A stretch of 64,000 bases of DNA from Eremomyces bilateralis CBS 781.70 (taxonomy: Eukaryota): NCBI GenBank assembly GCA_010015585.1, contig ML975153.1. One strand, written 5' to 3'. Every line of letters starts with the position of its first letter. Position 1 is the first letter of the stretch. This document shows, in pieces, positions 47,658 through 60,012 of the stretch. The position numbers and the translations under genes were made by a program. Below the pieces are notes generated by a model, which saw nothing but the letters and a program-made list of their open reading frames with translations, was not told the DNA's origin and did not search any database.

Positions 47658-50088
47658 CTACCATCCACCAAATAGTCCATCAAAAAAGCCGCCGATGAAT
47701 CCCCAGAGTCCTCCCCTAGAAGTAGATGTTGGCTGGCTTGGAGTGGGGACTATAATTTTCGTAGGCTCTGGTGCGAGCGACGTCGTATCCACTAGGACAG
47801 TAGAAATTGGCGTACTCCCTGGGAGAGATGGTGACGACGGAGCGAAGCTGGTGGGTGCGGACGATCCAAGGCCCGAAGACCCGCTAGGACTAGGTGAGGA
47901 CGGTGAAAGGATGCTCGACGAAGAGTTTGTGTAGCTTGGTGATGATACTGGAGGATTTGGCGACGATGCAGGCGGTTGCCCAGACGGTTGCCCAGACGGC
48001 TGTCCAGATGGTCGCCCAGTCGGTTGTCCAGATGCGGATGACCCCGGTGGTCCAGGCTGTCCAGCTCGACACAATTTGCCCGTATCAAGGTCGGAGGTCC
48101 AACTCTCACTCCCAACACCCTCCATAACATACAAGCTCTCGCTCGGGTCGTACCGCCTCTTCACATTCCGGAGCGTCGGATAATTGCTCTCGCCAAAGAA
48201 ATCTTTCTGCCACGTCGACAGGAACGCGTTCGCCTCGTGCATGTACGCGCCAGTGTTGGGTTCCCATTTCTGCCACTCGGGCTCCGTGTTCTCGTTGATC
48301 CACGCTGCGCACTCCTTGAGCTTCTTGCTCGGGACCAGCTCGCCCGGGCTGACGATCGCCGTGTTCGCGACCGCGTGGATGTACGTCTGGCGCCACGCGG
48401 GATTCAGGCCGCCGCGACGCTCGCGGGGGACGTTTGCGGGCCCTTTGCCGGAGACCATCGTTAGGACGATGACGGCGCCGACGAGGTCGACCTGCGGTTT
48501 CGCGATCGCTCGAATCTGGTTCTCGAGTTGTGGGGTGGGGATTTCTAGGCTGGATTTCCGAACCAGACGACCGGACTGCATCGCCTCGTATGCTACAGGC
48601 AATTCATTCTCGTGTGTCGAAGACCAGGAGTAGTAATCGGGGTATTCCGTACGCGGCGCGTAGGTAATCTTAAGGGTGCTGTTGTATATGGTCGTGAGCT
48701 GATCGACCACGGGCTGAACGATGGAGTCCAGGTATGCCGTATCGTGATCGAAGGTGAATAGATCGACGTAGGTGACGGGGCCATGGGCGGTGTCATTCCA
48801 TCCAGGAACGAACTGCCCGACCAGAAACCCTTGCGCAGAGTAATAGGTTCCTCCAATACCTTTGTCCATCCAAGTCGGCAACTTGCCAGCAATGATTGCT
48901 GTTGCCTTCCAAGCAGCAGCGATACTGGAGTTGGTATCCGCGGTTGCTTTGACCATGAGCGAAGAAGTGGTCACTCGAGGCGTGGGATAGGTCTTGATCA
49001 CATATTCAGTGACAACACCGTAAACACCAGGCCCACCCTGTTCCATGTTAGCAGTCATATCTGGGAACGGCACTGCAAGTCTTACCCCTCGAATTGCGAA
49101 GAACAAATCAGTGTTCTTGTGATCGTTGCAGATATAGACTTTTCCGGTAGTCGTCACGACGGTTGCTTGCAGGACGTTGTCGGAAGCCATCCCATGGGAG
49201 GAACTGAGAGGGCCATGGCCTCCGCCGCCTAGATGACCACCTAAACCGACTGACGCCGTACCACCACCCACAGTTACGCGCCCGACGCGATGCGCTGCCT
49301 GATAGACTTCGCCCCACGTCAGCCCTGTGCCGACGATCATGGCATTGTAGGACTCCTGGTTCCGACCACCGCCACGGGGCGTCCAGGTGGCATCGTAGCG
49401 AATGCTTTTGAAATTCCTCGTGATGATAGAGAGGGCGTATGCACCGACGGAACTGTAGAACTACTCAGCATGTGTTCGAAGATCAGAGGTCGTCTACATA
49501 CCGTCCGTATAAGTCATGTCCCGTGCCCTTGACGACGATGCGGATGTTCCGGTCGGCGGCCCATTTCATGGCCGTTGCGATCTGTTCCTCCGACCATGCA
49601 TCGACGATGAACCGCGGATATCCTCCGTACGTGCATCCTCGATCTTCCGAGTAACCGGTGCTGTCAGGCGGAATACAGCTGTTGTTGGCCCAGATCGGAA
49701 ACGCGACGCTCTCCGGTTGAGACCGGTGGAAGTGGGAGTCCGTCCATCCGGATTTGACGGCGGTGCAGTCCACGTTCGAATTCAGGGGGTTGCCAGGCCA
49801 GCAGGTTGATGCAGCCGGGGCGGATTTGATCAGGACCCCGTTGATACTCCTATTCAACGCGGCCCAATCTTGCTCGGACGGCCATTGACGATCGTACGGC
49901 GTCACCTTGCATTGAGCGACCGCCGCCTTCATCTGTATACCCTGGACCTCTATCTGCTCATCAGGAGCCATCTGCTCCGCGGTCTCGGTGTAGTTCACCT
50001 CGCGTCTAAGTTTCCATGATGAAGGAGAGGACGTCGCGAACGCGACCTGAAATAGCAACGAAACAAGAAACAACAACATCTTCTGCAT
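47658..50088 (-). CDS. Secreted FAD-binding oxidoreductase (BBE-like) with Ser/Pro/Thr-rich C-terminal tail
   Basis: Signal peptide MQKMLLFLVSLLFQVAFA. KGTGHDLYGR|S FAD motif, GGGHGPLS, DLFFAIRG|GGPG, GAYMHEA, LRNVKRRYDP. Two introns. Confidence 0.9.
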
Positions 50089-51076
50089 CTTCAACCCTTC
50101 ACCGGTGTTCGATACGGAAAGATTCAAAAAGTGAGCGGACGGCTCTTCATAGATCCTTAAACGAGCGGAGGATCACGAAGAGGCTTTGTACTGGTACAAA
50201 CGAGAGACAGTGAAATATTGAACGACACGAATAGAACGGAATGGTAAGCAACCGTAAGAGATGGGCGATCACCTGTCAAATAAGTGGTGTATAGGACGCA
50301 TATTAACCAACATTGGCTCATCTTAAGCTCTCCTCCCTTGGGAGAACGCTGCACGTCGCTACCGTACTGCTGGGCAGGCGAGCGTCTGGCGGACGAATCT
50401 GGATCAAGTGAATACAATCCTAGTATGAGATCCAGGATGTATTGATTATCAGAACCTGCACGCGTTGGTCGACGAGAGAGGTGTGTCCCTGCAGGAATTG
50501 ATGAAGTTTAGATGGGCTGGCATTTCAGCCATGTGGCCGAGATTGGGATACCGCATCTGACAAGGATCAGCATCACCGTTTCGAGTGCATCCCAGGGATT
50601 CCCAGTCCTTTCCAGCTGCTGCTGTGCCGCTGTCATTTTAGTCGTATCCGAAGATAAACCAGAGGGTGGATGAGACACGCTCAGGCCCTTCAAGGATACT
50701 TTCTTGTTGCTCTTGGCTCGATTCGGAGTTTTTGAAATACCACGCAATATATTTGCGGGAAGAGCCTCTAAAGCTTGATCAATGGGCGGCTTCCGATTCA
50801 TCGCTGCACGACGATCAGGAGTGGGATCAAAGGATTGCATTGTTGTCCTGTCAGTAGCGATGTGGCGAACATCAAATGAAAGAGTACTTGCATCAATCCC
50901 ACCGCAGTGGGTCACCGCAACGCAGGATTCATGTGAACGTAGCGGAGAATTGAACGGAAGTAACTGAAATGGCAGAATAATTGCCTTTTGCCGTCTATCT
51001 ACACAAACAGACAGAATGCTGAACACCGATGATGTCGCCAAGCCGTGCTCTATTCAAATGCCAAAGAAAATCCACC

Positions 51077-52289
51077 CTACTCCGCGCGAGTCTTTCTGAA
51101 GAAGTCCATGACGCCGGTGAAGACCACAAGCAAGATCCCTCCTCCAGGACCAAGTCGAAGGACCTTGGGAAGGAATCCTTTGTAGAGTGCACTGAAACCC
51201 TCCTCACGCATGACGACGCCGAGCGATGGCCAGGCCCAGTTGTACTTCATCACACCGCCCGGAACCTTGGGTGTATTCTGGATCCGCGACTTCACGACGT
51301 CCATCGGGGTATTCAACATGGTGCCGACCGTACCGCCAATGGAACCGGAGATCAGGTCATTGATCATCTGCTTGCCCTTATCCTTCGACTGCGGCATCAA
51401 GGCCCGAACTTGGAAGATACAGCCGAAGTATCCTGAATTCCATAGAACGTGTCTCCACATGGTGCTCTCCAGGCCTTGGTAGAGGGTCAACACTCCTTCT
51501 TGGGCGATGATCTTTCGTACGCAATCTATCATGCCGTTGTATTTGGCCGCCTGGGCCTTGTCTTGGAGGCGGATCTTGACGAGTTCGAATGGAACGACGA
51601 CGAACGACTCGGTCGCACCGGCTGAAGCACCAGTAAGTATAGAGAGGGATTGGTTCATCTGCGGCATTCCGAACACCTTTCGCCAGACTTTGCCCCATTC
51701 GTCGTTCGCGGCGAATTTGGTAGCACTGGATTTGGATTAGATAATACATAACAAATCGGGCTGCACTCGGCTTCCTACCGCTTGGGTGCTTCCATCATAA
51801 TCGGAGCGGAAATGCCTCGATATAATCTCGAAAACCTGCCTGGGTTTAGCTGGGTCCTAAAAGAGTAGATGGCTGCGTTCGTACCCCTCATTCCTGATGA
51901 TCTTCCTGAAGCAGTCTACCATGCCACTGTATGCTTCTTCTCCGACTTCTTTCCCCGTTTGTATCTGACTATGTATCCGTGAGCGACATCGTGGAGGTTA
52001 GGTTGTAGAGAACATACACTCTTGTTTTGACCACATCGAGCGGGTACCTGGTAACATGTTAATTCGGCACGGTGATTGCTGTCAGATGATAGCTTACATA
52101 ACAAGAATCTATCCATTCATATCATTAGTATGAGTCCCAAAGAACTTGTGATTGTTGGTGCATACCTCAGAAACACCAGCAACCGCACCTGTCAGGGGCT
52201 GAGGTTAGACTGTGCGACCATTGCGAAGGATTGCGAAGCTTACCGGCGGCGAACTGGTATATGAATGGCAATGGCTTCTCGGTCGACAT
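51077..52289 (-). CDS. ODC1: Mitochondrial 2-oxodicarboxylate carrier
   Basis: Spliced MSTEKPLPFIYQFAAGAVAGVSEILVMYPLDVVKTR. Carrier signatures PFELVKIR and PMDVVKSR, and PKVLRLGPGGGILL. About 6 introns. Confidence 0.9.
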
Positions 52290-53038
52290 GATGGCTGGAT
52301 GTCTTGATGGCCTGTCTATGTGATATGCGATCTAGAGATACGCCGAGAACAACCAGCGGTCAAGGACTCGGATGGAGGAGAGAAGAAGGGAGGAGAATAT
52401 AAACGTGGTAGTCTATTGGCCTGAATGAAAGCAGGATACCTTTGCTAACCAACAATCTCGACAAGAAAGCCGAAAAGTGAAGCTTCACGGCAAAGATTTC
52501 AACGATTCAATGGCGTCCAGCTACTATCGCGAATGCGCGACTGGAGAAAGTCCAAGCGTTCGTCATGGAATCTGCCGAAGGGTGAGGGAGCTCGGCTGCG
52601 TTCCGATTTTGTTGTGGAGTTAGGAGTTTAGGAGAACCCCTGACTCGGGGCACGTGCCCTGGTCAGGAGCCCCAATGGCCAATCGCTTGGAGAAGCGAGA
52701 TCGGAGATGGAGAGATGCGATAAGATAAGATTTTGGGCTCTCAGTCCAGGTCTCGGATGTTAGGTGTCAAGGCGTTAAGGAGGGAGGGAGGGACATGGAG
52801 CCTCTGAGTAAATTAGTAAGGCAGCAATCCAACAAAGACACCAAGGCACCAAGGCACCAATACACGAGCTCTCCACGACGCGTCTGTCCAACGTCACGTC
52901 TTTTTGTTGCTCCGACGCGTCCATAGTTTGTCCACAGTTTCAATACCAGCTGGAGAGGCCATGTCCCTCTGCTAACCGCCAGCGCTACTACCACGACACC
53001 TACCGATGTAACTGCTATTATCATCCCTCTCGCCTACC

Positions 53039-56000
53039 ATGGCGTCTCGCCAAAGATCTTTCTTTGATCAAGACCGCAAGAAGGTCCGTCGTCCTTCTCC
53101 CCCCATCCCGTCTCGATAGTTATACTGACCTCATTCCCAAGGCCCGCACCAATTTCAATCGTGCTCGAAGTGTGAACGATGCGTACTCGAAGCCGATGAC
53201 CACGGGCCCGAGCAAACCTGCAGGGAATGCCATGCCGATAGCTCCGGCATCACAGACCAAGAGGAAGCTTAAGAACTTCCAGTTCATTCCTGGAGGACCG
53301 GCTGGCGAGGCAGGTCTGCCTGAAGACGCGGATAAAGAGAACATGAATCCTTCTGACGACCCTCCGAAACGAGGGAAGGTCGACTATACGAAGCGGACAA
53401 GGCTAGATGAACCCGTCGAGCATCCTGTAGATCGGCAACCAGCAGCGGTGACTCGTATTTCCTCGCAGCCGAACAATGCCCTCTTCCCATCGACGCCCGT
53501 TCCTCGGCTTCCGTTGTCCGACCTGGTTGGCCAAGATGGAGACGATGATCTAACAGAGGACCGAGATGACTCTCCGGAGGAACACGTTCAATGGAAGCAC
53601 CATACGCCTGCACGAAGCCGTGGAAAGAAGCGAGCACGAAGTTCGTCCCCGTTGTCGTCCCACCTAGACACTATTCAGGAGCACAGTTCATTCGATATGC
53701 AAAGATTGTCCCATACATTGAAGACCCCGCAGGCCGACCCCGCGGCTGATCTGCTGTCCCGCTATGGGATCAATCTAGAGAGCATGGTCACTCCTGATAC
53801 CGCTGGGAATGTGGCGCATGCTGAAGCGCCTCACCCAGGATCGAGCCCCCGTTCATCCAGCCAAGGAGGCAATGTCAACGGTTTACGTCGTTGGCTCAGC
53901 TGCGGCAACCAGTTCCCAGAAAGCCGATCCCCCAAACGAAGACGAGTGGCCGACCCCTCTCGAGACGTGCTCGACCGCCTAGTCGAATCTCCAAGTCGCG
54001 CTGCCTTGGCGCATGTCGAGATGCATCGGAACCAACGACAAAAGACGGAGATTGAGACCCTAATAGGGAAGATAACCGATCTTTCCAACGTCCGATATGA
54101 GCTGCAGAAACCACCATCAAGCTCGGGTCCGCTACCTGAGACCCGCGTTCCCGAAGTTGAGGCAGAACATGGGAACCGCATTTCAAACACGGCTCCAGAA
54201 CCTGCTCGAACTAAAGATAGATGTCCCTTTTCGTCCCAAGAAACCCTTGCCGGAGAAGCCGATCCTGCGCCCCAGCTGTTTGATGGTCCCAATCCACCCC
54301 TCCCTAAGAATGTCCAAATGACCCCTGTGCGACGTAACTCTCCGAAACAACCAACCTCAAGTTCCACCGACTATGGCTCTTTGGATTTGGACTCCGATGA
54401 CTACGATATACTTGACGCAATCACAGCGCACTCTACGCAAGCTGCCATTGCTGGATCAAGATCCCAGTTGTCAACTGCTCCAGCAGGGTCACAAACCAAT
54501 TCTAGGATGAATACCGCTGCTGTGAAATCTGCCAGTCCGCCTCTGGCCAACGGAGAACCCACCCGGACAGACGACGATTACGATTTTGACGATGATCTAG
54601 ATCTTGACGATCTTGTTCCAGTCGCCGACTTTGTTCAGACCAAACCTTTCCTTCAAACCCAGCAACCGCTTCCACTCCCTACTGTTCAAGTGCAGACAGT
54701 CTACCAGGAGACCAGGGCGGCCAAGCCTAATACCCTGAACGAAGACGAGTATGGCGACTTTGACGATGTGGATTTCGACGATCTTGTCCCACTCGATCAG
54801 GTCGATGTACAAGGTGCCTCAGCGAAGAATCAGCAACCAGCAGCTGGAAGCGTAGCGAGTGTAGGTTCAAGCCATGTCATCTCAATTTATTGGAAGCAAA
54901 ACTGAGGAAAGAAAGAGTCAGAATGAGGGTATCATACAGCGATACCGAATATCTAGCGTTGTCGAATCGACTTATGAAAACCGACTGGCCCAAGTGTGTC
55001 CGGAGAAGGTATACGAACCCGATGACTAACGTTCTTTCAGCGCTGACGTCGATTAGGTTCTGGTGGTCACTGACGACAAGACAAAGAAGAATCATGTCAT
55101 CCGTCTGCAACAGTCATGGTACGATAGCACCGTCTCGATCAACAGCCATGTCTCTCTCATTGGGGATTTTGACAACGACAACACCTGCATCGTCGACAAT
55201 GCCGAGAATTTGTTGATCCTCCATCCGGATTACCTCGTCAGCACCACCCACGTCGCCGATGCATTCAGCTGCCTGCGACGCGCCGTTCTTCAAAGTCGGG
55301 TTCGGAGTACCAATCTAACCAATCAATACATCATGTATGGCCACATGATCCACGAACTCCTCCAACGATCCCTGGAAGAGAACAAATGGGACACGGAATG
55401 GTTGAGCGCCTGTGTCGAGCTGATGTTGCCGCGCTATCTTGAAGATATTGCAGAAATCAACCTCAGTCTTGAACAAGTTCGAGAGCATCTGCGAAACAAG
55501 TATCCCGAATTGCAAACCTGGGCGGCGAAGTTCGTTGGAAATTGGCAGAAGGTATTTTCCCGTCATGTTATCTTGCTATCAACCACTCACCTGTTCGCAG
55601 CCTATCTCGTCCGTTGGGGACCGAGGCGGGAAAAAGATTCCATTGGCCATCACAAAGCTTCTTGATGTCGAGGAACACATTTGGTCGCCAAAATATGGTC
55701 TTAAAGGCAATGTGGACGCGACGGTCGAGGCCTTCATGGACGACTATGAAGGCCAACGGAGACTAGTTGCTCCTCTAGAACTGAAGACAGGCAGGAAATA
55801 CGGACATCACAGAGCTCAGACAGCGCTGTACACCCTGCTATTATCTGATCGTTACGGTAAGGTTCCCGATTAAACGTGATTTAAGCATGCTTACGCCGAT
55901 TCAGATGTGGATACTAAATATGGTCTCTTATATTATCTGGAAGACTCCGAGATGATGCGCATCCCTGCCTTACGCCATGAGCTCATCCATATGATCATCA

Positions 56001-58549
56001 AGCGCAACGAGATCGCTTGCTATGTCAGCGAGAAGACTTCTCTGCCGCCTATGCTCAATCACAACCGAATGTGCGATAACTGCTACACGCGATCCAGCTG
56101 TTTCGCATACCACCGCCTCCTTGAAGATGGGGCCGGGGAGACCCTGGAGCCGAAAGCTAAAGCGGCCTTTGACAAATTCATCCGGTACCTCACCCCGAAA
56201 CACGCGGAATTCTTCAAGAAGTGGGATGACCTTCTCACCAAGGAGGAGAAGGACTCCTTCCAAGCGCGGGAGCTGTGGACGATGACCAGTAAGGAGCGCG
56301 AGAAAATCGGACGGTGCTATGCCCATGTCACCATCCAACCCGGCTCCTTCCAGGCGCTCAGCGACGTATCCAAGATTAATCGCTACGAGTACACGTTGCT
56401 TCGGCCAGACGCCAAGCCATCGGCGTCGCAATCGAGTGAAACGGAGCTGGCCGTGGCCGAACCGATTGTCATCTCTGATGAAAAGGGTCATTTTTACCTC
56501 GCGAAAGGGTTTGTGAAGCATGCCGATAAACGGAAAATCACCGTGCTCCTGGATCGTCGACTTCATAACGCGAGAGTCAAGCAGCCGGGGTTTGATCCTG
56601 ACCGAAACCAGTCCTTCTCAGCCTTCATGGATGTCTCAAAGTCGAAATCCCAGCTTAACGATTCTGCGACTCAAGGCAAGGGAGAGCCGGTGCTGTATCG
56701 GTTGGATAAAGATGAGTACGCCACCGGCATGGCGACACTAAGGAACAATATTGTCCAGATCATGGACGATGCGGTATTCAAAGCCAGCGACTTGCGGTCC
56801 CTCATCATCGATCTACGTGCCCCGACATTCAAGCCGCACTCAAGTCACGTAATAACCTCAACCCAAGGCGCGAGCATGAACGTTGATCAAATCGCTGCAA
56901 TCGAGAAGGTCATGTCCGCCCAAGAATATGCGCTGGTTCTGGGTATGCCCGGGACGGGAAAGACGACAACGATCGCATATATCATCAAAGCCTTGGTGGC
57001 CAAGGGCAAGTCCGTGCTGCTAACCTCGTACACACACACCGCGGTCGATAACATTCTCCTGAAGATTCGCGACGGCGGCTTCAAAATCCTTCGTGTCGGC
57101 GTTAAAGCCAAGATCCACCACCAGGTCCAACAGTTCGCGATCCTCGCAGACGAGCAAAAGGCGTCCCTCGAGGAGTTGCAGGACTCGTGGCACTCACCGC
57201 CCGTGGTCGCCGCGACGGCCTTGAGCGTCAATAGCCGGTTGTTCAACCAGCGAACTTTCGACTACTGCATTGTCGACGAGGCGTCGCAGATTACGTTGCC
57301 GGCATGCGTCGGGCCGATTCGGATGGCGAAGACCTTCATTCTCGTGGGCGATCATCATCAGCTGCCGCCGCTCGTGAAGAACAGAAAGGCGGCTGACGGG
57401 GGGTTGGATGTTTCGTTGTTCAAGCACCTTTGCGAAGCACATCCGCAAGCGACGGTCTGTCTGGAACATCAGTACCGCATGTGCGCCGAAATCATGTCGC
57501 TGCCGAATAAGCTTATCTACTCCGGCCGTCTGAAATGCGGCAACGATGCGACGACAAACCTCTCGCTTCGGATTCCCTTCCCAGAAGTTCTCTCCAGATA
57601 TCATTTCCCAGATACCCCCAGCCATAGCGGCCAACCCTTAGCGACGAACCCTAGCCCACCGTGGCTATGCCCAGGAACAAACCCGCGGACCTGCCATCTC
57701 GTCAGGCTCTTCCAACCCTCCACGAAAGTATTATTCCTCAACACCGATCCCCTCGGCCCCACCGCCCTCGAGCTCCCCACAACCGGCGACCGTCGCCAGA
57801 ACCCGTTCGAAGCGCGTCTCTGCAGCCAAATCATCTCCTCCCTCCTGGACGGCGGCGTCCCCCCCTCGGAAATCGGCCTCGTCACCTTCTACCGCGCTCA
57901 ACTCGCGCTCCTGCGCAGCACCTTTAAAGGCACCTCGTCCGCGCTCGAGATGTCCACCGCCGACAAATTCCAGGGCCGCGACAAAGACGTCGTCATCGTC
58001 AGTTTCGTGCGCAGCAACGAGAACGGGCACGTAGGCGAGTTGTTGCTCGATAAGCGACGTGTGAACGTCGCCATCACCCGCGCCAAGTCGAAGCTCGTCC
58101 TCGTCGGCAGCAAGAAGACCCTCCTTTCCGCGAAGCGCAGAGCGCCGGTGGAACAGGACGATGGCATGCGTGTGGAGCGAAACGACGGCAGCGAACTGCT
58201 TCGCGATCTCGTTCGGCAGTGCGAGGCGAATGGATGGGTGTTTGACTTGCACCCGCAGGCGATCGACGCGCACTCGTACTTGCCCCCTGGATCCGCTTCT
58301 ACATCGACGCCGGGTGAAAGCCCCGAGAGGTCGCGGCACTCGTCTGCTCCGCGCAGGATGCCAGGGGGTGCAGCGGGCTCTTCTCAGAGGAGGCCGCTGG
58401 GGGTGGCGGGAGGCAATATGAATGGGGCACCGATTCGCCGACACGGCGCGCTGAAGGGCGCGGAAAAAGTTGGGGTTGTCGATCAGGATGTTCTTTTGAA
58501 GTCCAGGCCACTTGCGAGAGATATTTTTAACGAGATGAATGGGTTTTAG
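53039..58549 (+). CDS. DNA2: DNA replication helicase/nuclease Dna2
   Basis: Disordered N-terminus, LILHPD, Fe-S cysteines (SCLRRAVL; CDNC..SSC), EEHIWSPKYGLKGNVDAT, ELKTG, GMPGTGKTT, DEASQ, VGDHHQLPP, DKFQGRD, RVNVAITRAK. Confidence 0.96.
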
Positions 58550-60012
58550 TGGCGTTGCTCCGGTCTTGGTGCTCTGTATGTTGGACCAAGGGGTGGGCCA
58601 ATGTTGAAGTGCATTAGATTTGGGGTGTTAGCACTGGATAGCCGATGCTGTGGTATCCTGATAACGAATTGGGAATTTTATGATCATGCTGAGAGCCAAA
58701 CATCTGTAGATAGTGGTTCGTGTTTATATGTCCTTATTGTATACCGATATCATGCGGAATTAAGGTCCACCAGTCCCTCCCGTCCCCAAAATGCGGTTGT
58801 GGGCCTGGTAATGCCTCCAGACTGGACTGTCTGCCCAAACGCATGTCACACCATATATCAGGTCCATCACCTCATTTTCAAGTACATACGGCCACATCGA
58901 CTTGAAATCTGGGCATCCCGTCCGATCTGCCATACATAAGCCGGTCAGAGGCGAAGTAGTACTATGGTGGGTGACCACATGGGAACGTTCGCTGCTGTAT
59001 GTTTTTGTTTTTAGACTTAAGAGACCTTTTCTTTTGCTGTTGGGACTATTGGCAGAGGCATAAATTCATGTGTGTTGAAAAGCCGCGAAGTTCCAAACCT
59101 TGTATGATCCTGCTGCTGGCTCCGAGGTATATGGTACCACACGGGGCGGTTGCTACGGGACTGCTGCGCGCTTCATCCCAAGAAGGTCTCTGGGAGAACG
59201 ATGAAGTTATATCTAGACATATTAGAACTATCATTAAAGATGATATGCCGTCGGGCTAGGGAAATAGAGAAGTCGTAATAGCATTGTCCACCAGCCTGTG
59301 AATGGAAAACAATTCTACCTTCGGGCTGCACCATTGTGATTCTACGTCGTGCTGCAGCGTAAGGAGGACAAGCATCAAGTATGCTATTTGCAATGTGATA
59401 ATATAATGATTTGCTAATGCGAATGCAAGATGCTAGTACCGTCAAAATACTTGATAACGGTCTCGTTTATCACAACTCGATTCGCTCTCGCGCCATGTCG
59501 TCATCCTAAGCTCCCCTCTGACCATGAGCGTGACCTCTAGCTGCGTAACACAAGATGAACACCTCTCCCATCTCAACCACCCGATATTTCCTTTGCAGAA
59601 GCTTCTGAAGCTAAGGATCAATCGTCTTCATTCCACCCACGTTGAAAATCGGCGATTGCTTACTCATCCTCGCTATCTGCAGCTCGAATCTGTTATGGTG
59701 GTGATTGCGCCACCTGAGAACGAGCGACGCTGTAACTCCGGTCAAGAGTAACTTGAGAGCTCCGAACAGTATTAGTGGTTGCTGCTCCAGTGGACCTTGT
59801 GTTACCTAGAGGTAAAGGACAGCCGTTCATTATTCACCTTCCAACCGGCTCAGTTCATAAAACTTTGTGGACTGGAGGTGTGTCACAGGCATAGTGCTCT
59901 GAATAGTGAATACATGGCATTAATGACATCCTAACCATTTTATAGACGTCCATTTGCGAAAAATATCTTCGGAATCCGAGGCAAACACAACACAAATCTA
60001 ATCCCAATAGAT

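Noticed and set aside
47975..48035. Short direct repeats as a CRISPR-like array
   Set aside because: They are spacerless 12-bp coding repeats (GQPS) in a eukaryotic gene.
50508..51041. 177-aa minus-strand ORF between ODC and the FAD oxidase
   Set aside because: Non-ATG start and no motifs; likely UTR or promoter sequence.
52839..52860. (CACCAAGG)x~3 in the ODC/DNA2 divergent promoter
   Set aside because: A simple slippage-type repeat with no further support for function.
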